Below the pieces are notes generated by a model, which was not told the origin of the DNA, did not search any database, and saw only the letters and a list, made by a program, of their open reading frames with translations. Positions 60,614 through 64,000 of a stretch of DNA of 64,000 nucleotides are shown piece after piece (position 1 is the stretch's first letter; each line of letters starts with the position of its first letter). Source of the stretch: Lepidodermella squamata (Eukaryota > Animalia > Gastrotricha); contig JBLDXI010000074.1 of NCBI GenBank assembly GCA_047495785.1, forward strand, positions 1,302,001 through 1,366,000, given 5' to 3'. A program made the position numbers and the translations under genes.

Positions 60614-61420
60614 TCATTGAAGCGGGACCTGTTCGACAAAGTCAACAGGGCGTTGAATAATCGGCTCGGCAGTTGTTGTTCCGTTCCGTGTTACATTGCC
60701 ACCACGCCCCCACCAATTCGGCCTCTGCCTTGGCGCATATCGCTTAACAGCCACTGAAACGTCGAAAACCAGTTGGCTATTGTCATCCGAGTACTGGTCC
60801 AGTTCGGCAATTTTAACAGGCCAGCGTAGGGTCAAAGTAGGGTTCTGTTCGTCGTAGGCTTGAGAAATAGGAAGATCAACTGTAGCACCCATGAGGACCG
60901 ACTTTCGTTCTGGGTAGTCCTTAGACATTGCCAGTAGAACAACCAAAATTTCGAAATTGAACCGTTGCATAGGCAGAACAACTTTTCGGCTAGCGCTCAA
61001 CATTGGCATCAAAGCTGTCCCCAGATAATCGCTTTGTTTCGTAAGCTCCATAATCCTGGGTTACCATGAATACAAATTCAACAACCTAGGCAGTGTTAGA
61101 TATAAGTCAAAAGCTTGCATTGAAACCTCGCCTTCCTCCGGAGGAACTGGGATGCTATATCGCTTGTCGCTTTCCAGCTTGGCAGCCCCGATCACAGCTC
61201 CTTGGGCCAAGCTGTTGTAGTCACCATAGGCAGCTCTGTAGCGTATGCCTTCATTGGGCAACGCTTCGGTTGTTGCTTCAATCAGGTGAATTTATGTATG
61301 AAAATAGGTTGATAAGCTGTTTCACTCACTTCTTATCGGGATAGGCCGCCTAACTTGGGCCGTAGATAGGTTCAGCAGCACAAAAATCAGAAATTTGTCC
61401 AGCATTTTGGAAAGTGTCAT
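60614..61420 (-). CDS. Secreted protein of an unrecognised family, paralogue 4
   Basis: Exon 1 (MTLSK)MLDKFLIFVLLNLSTAQ; IRYRAAY...VPPEEG / LSASRKVVLPMQRFNFEI...NPTLTLRWP...LVFDVSV. Confidence 0.75.
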
Positions 61421-62388
61421 GATGAAAAAAATCGCAATTGTCGCAGCTCTCTTTGTTTACTCAGGCAATTTATTTACTCAGGTTGAAGTTGAGTAGGTTG
61501 CATGATACGAGTTCTTGCCAACTTTGGTGAGAGAAGAGGGAAAACATGAAGCTCTTCGATGAGAATATTGCTCATTGAAAAGAATGTTGTTCCAGAAAAG
61601 TAAGAAATCGAAAGAAACCGTGCGTCGTCGTGAAATCTTTATCACGGATACAGCCCCTGTTAGGATTTTGAGCTTCACTGAAGATTTACTCCTATTTTGC
61701 TTCTACCTTATCGACGATAATCTATGAAGACCGAATATGAAAACTGTCATTTTATTATCTACTTTATTTATTTATGAGTTGAAATATTGAGTAATGACCA
61801 TCGTTTTACAAAGGGTGGATCTTGAAAAAAATCGGACAATGATTGGAATTTATCTGCGAAATTTCCCGATTCGCGCAGGCAATTTTTCGATCACCTGTAT
61901 CAAAATTCACATCTTTCGCATTTTTCGCAAACTGCCTCGATAAAATTCTCCAACGCTGGCTCCGCCGACAGCTTTCAGCATTTCCAATTTTTTCCGCGAT
62001 GCCAATTTTGAATCACGCACTTTGCACGAGTAGGATATGTAGGACGTTTTCGACCGATTTTATTGACTTCCAACGGCAACGGCATTTTGATTACGAATTT
62101 ATGGAGACCCATATCAATAGGATCCTGCAGGACAGTGCGGAATCAGACGTTGCGTGGGCTTCGCTCCAATTTATCTCCGTGGTTTGAGCACTGCCGTTTT
62201 TCATCAACGAACAGACGATATTCCGTGTTTTTCTTTGAGGAAGTGCGACAATAGAAAAGCTTGTTTGTGTTGAATTGATTTGAATGGGCGTTTTTTACAG
62301 GTGTCAATAATAGCAGGTCTTGTTCGATTCAATTCACATTTTTGCTTGAATACCTAAACTTCAAACTAGAGTTTCTGACTCTTCCTTA

Positions 62389-63693
62389 ATGAAAATCCTT
62401 CTTGATCTTCATTTTTATCGATTCGTAGCCTTTCTCCTATCGATTTGCACCGAGGCCTCTGCGCTGAATACTACGTCCAAGTTGGCTGAATCAACTTCTA
62501 CAACCGAGTCATCGAACAAACAAGTAACCGATTCCATTGAAACTGCTAAAGAGCTCGCAATCGCAGGGTTTTTCGCTCGACAAGACGCTGATACGAATTC
62601 ATCTTACATATTGGAGAAATGTCCGCACGTCTCGGCTGAACGCCTGTTCCCTGCCTTGGACAAGGAAGCGTACACAGTTTTGCTCCCAGTGACACTCCAA
62701 TTTCAGCCCGAGTACTTCTACGGCATAAACGACGTTGATGAGACTCTCTCAATTGCCGCATCACCACGCATTATTTGGGATGTAGAGTGTCCTGATTACG
62801 GCCCGAACGTTCGGTTTTTCCGTGAGATACTACCGCCGTCGCAGTTATATTCAAAGCCAAAGTTCAAACATTTGAATTCTGTGCGCGACCCGGGAATGAA
62901 CCAGAATTTCGATGAAGTGTTCAAGATCGAATCAAACGGATATATCGTCAATGAACCTAATATGGTGTTCAGTTGGCAGAAGTACGGCGTATTTGAGTCA
63001 TTCTGCTTCATCTCCTACCGAGATTTCCCATTCGGAGAAACTGAGTGCGGAATTATTTTTGTGAGTACGCTGTCTCCGGAGATCATCAACATTTCATCGG
63101 CTTACATGGGCAGGTACAGTGACGCTATTCTGCAGCCAAGGCGATCCTGGACTTATAAAGCTAACCGGACTGCTATCGACACATACCGGGATGGCCGAGA
63201 AAGAACTTACCGAAGAGCCACGTTCTACTTGAAATTCAAACGTGTGCCAGACTACTATATTAGCAACCAAATTATACCATGCAGCGTTCTCGCATTGATG
63301 GAGGTATTCGGCCTTCTAATACCTCCTCGTTTCCCCGACCGTCCAGCGTTTGCTATGACAATTCTTCTTGCTCTAACGGTTCTGCAAGGCCAAGTGCTGC
63401 AAATTGTCCCGATAACTTCTGAAAGAATTTATCTCAACGACTTCGTTCTGCTGTGCTGCCTGATCGCCACTCTTTGCAGCGTCTACGCTTGCTTTACCAA
63501 CTGTTTAGCCAACTCGTCCGATAAGTCGCGCCCTGCCTTCATCTACCGAATGTTCAAGTTTCACCTCTGCAAACGGCTGTCGGTTTCGATTACTCTCGTT
63601 CGAATGGTCGACTGCATAATTGGCCTGGTTTCGCTTCTGTTTCTCGGGATGCTCGGTGTTTACACTTACACTCTAGCAGTTAAGTGGGGCTGA
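62389..63693 (+). CDS. Divergent intronless Cys-loop ligand-gated ion channel subunit (nAChR-like, non-alpha)
   Basis: 434-aa single ORF: signal peptide, Cys loop CFISYRDFPFGETEC, KRVPDYYISNQIIPC (M1), DRPAFAMTILLALTV (M2), M3, short loop, M4. Confidence 0.9.
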   Translation: MKILLDLHFYRFVAFLLSICTEASALNTTSKLAESTSTTESSNKQVTDSIETAKELAIAGFFARQDADTNSSYILEKCPHVSAERLFPALDKEAYTVLLPVTLQFQPEYFYGINDVDETLSIAASPRIIWDVECPDYGPNVRFFREILPPSQLYSKPKFKHLNSVRDPGMNQNFDEVFKIESNGYIVNEPNMVFSWQKYGVFESFCFISYRDFPFGETECGIIFVSTLSPEIINISSAYMGRYSDAILQPRRSWTYKANRTAIDTYRDGRERTYRRATFYLKFKRVPDYYISNQIIPCSVLALMEVFGLLIPPRFPDRPAFAMTILLALTVLQGQVLQIVPITSERIYLNDFVLLCCLIATLCSVYACFTNCLANSSDKSRPAFIYRMFKFHLCKRLSVSITLVRMVDCIIGLVSLLFLGMLGVYTYTLAVKWG

Positions 63694-64000
63694 AAACAAC
63701 ATTTATACCTATTGCGTGTTCTGAAGAAATGAGAACGGCAATTTTAACAGAAAACAAACCGCTAAACCAGAAAAGCACTTGTGAGTGAAATAGGAAAACG
63801 CATCCTTATTAGGAATTGTACAAGTTTTTCACCGCTGTTTTGTGCCATAGCTGTTTTGAGAGCCTACCTCATACCGTATTTGCCTGTCCATCTCGGTGCG
63901 CGTTTCTATTGTAACACTGCATTGATATATTAAAATCGTCAAGCGTTGTTGTCTGCAAAAATTTCAATAATACAGGGTATATTCGAGGCTGAAGCGAAAC

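Noticed and set aside
63872-64000. Start of another TACCGTA-type MITE
   Set aside because: The matching right-hand TIR is not inside the window, so it cannot be confirmed.

Overview
Eukaryotic genomic DNA from an invertebrate animal, with GT-AG introns. It has two very different parts. From 1 to about 13.9 kb are conserved housekeeping genes: the 3' part of a class V myosin and a REEP5/DP1/Yop1 gene, both with very GC3-rich exons and long AT-rich introns. From about 14 to 64 kb is a densely packed array of secreted and membrane genes, mostly with tiny (about 35-60 nt) introns. This array holds a PAN/C-type-lectin/kringle protein, an Ig-domain receptor, four Cys-rich EB-module-like surface proteins, two divergent Cys-loop channel subunits and four paralogues of an unrecognised secreted family. 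The standout feature (31.5-53.3 kb) is a glycan-biosynthesis cluster. It combines five family-6 (ABO/alpha-Gal/Forssman-type) glycosyltransferase domains with five fucosyltransferase-like domains of the alpha-1,2/alpha-1,6/O-FUT superfamily (GT37-like motifs). It includes a GT6-FUT pair only 37 nt apart and a GT6-FUT fusion gene with degenerate catalytic motifs. Each GT6 copy has a different donor-specificity triplet. Mobile DNA comprises a 5'-truncated RTE-clade LINE with a 9-bp TSD, several MITEs (one nested pair) and a 332-bp tandem duplication. Exon boundaries were read by eye and family calls rest on recognised motifs; no searches were run.
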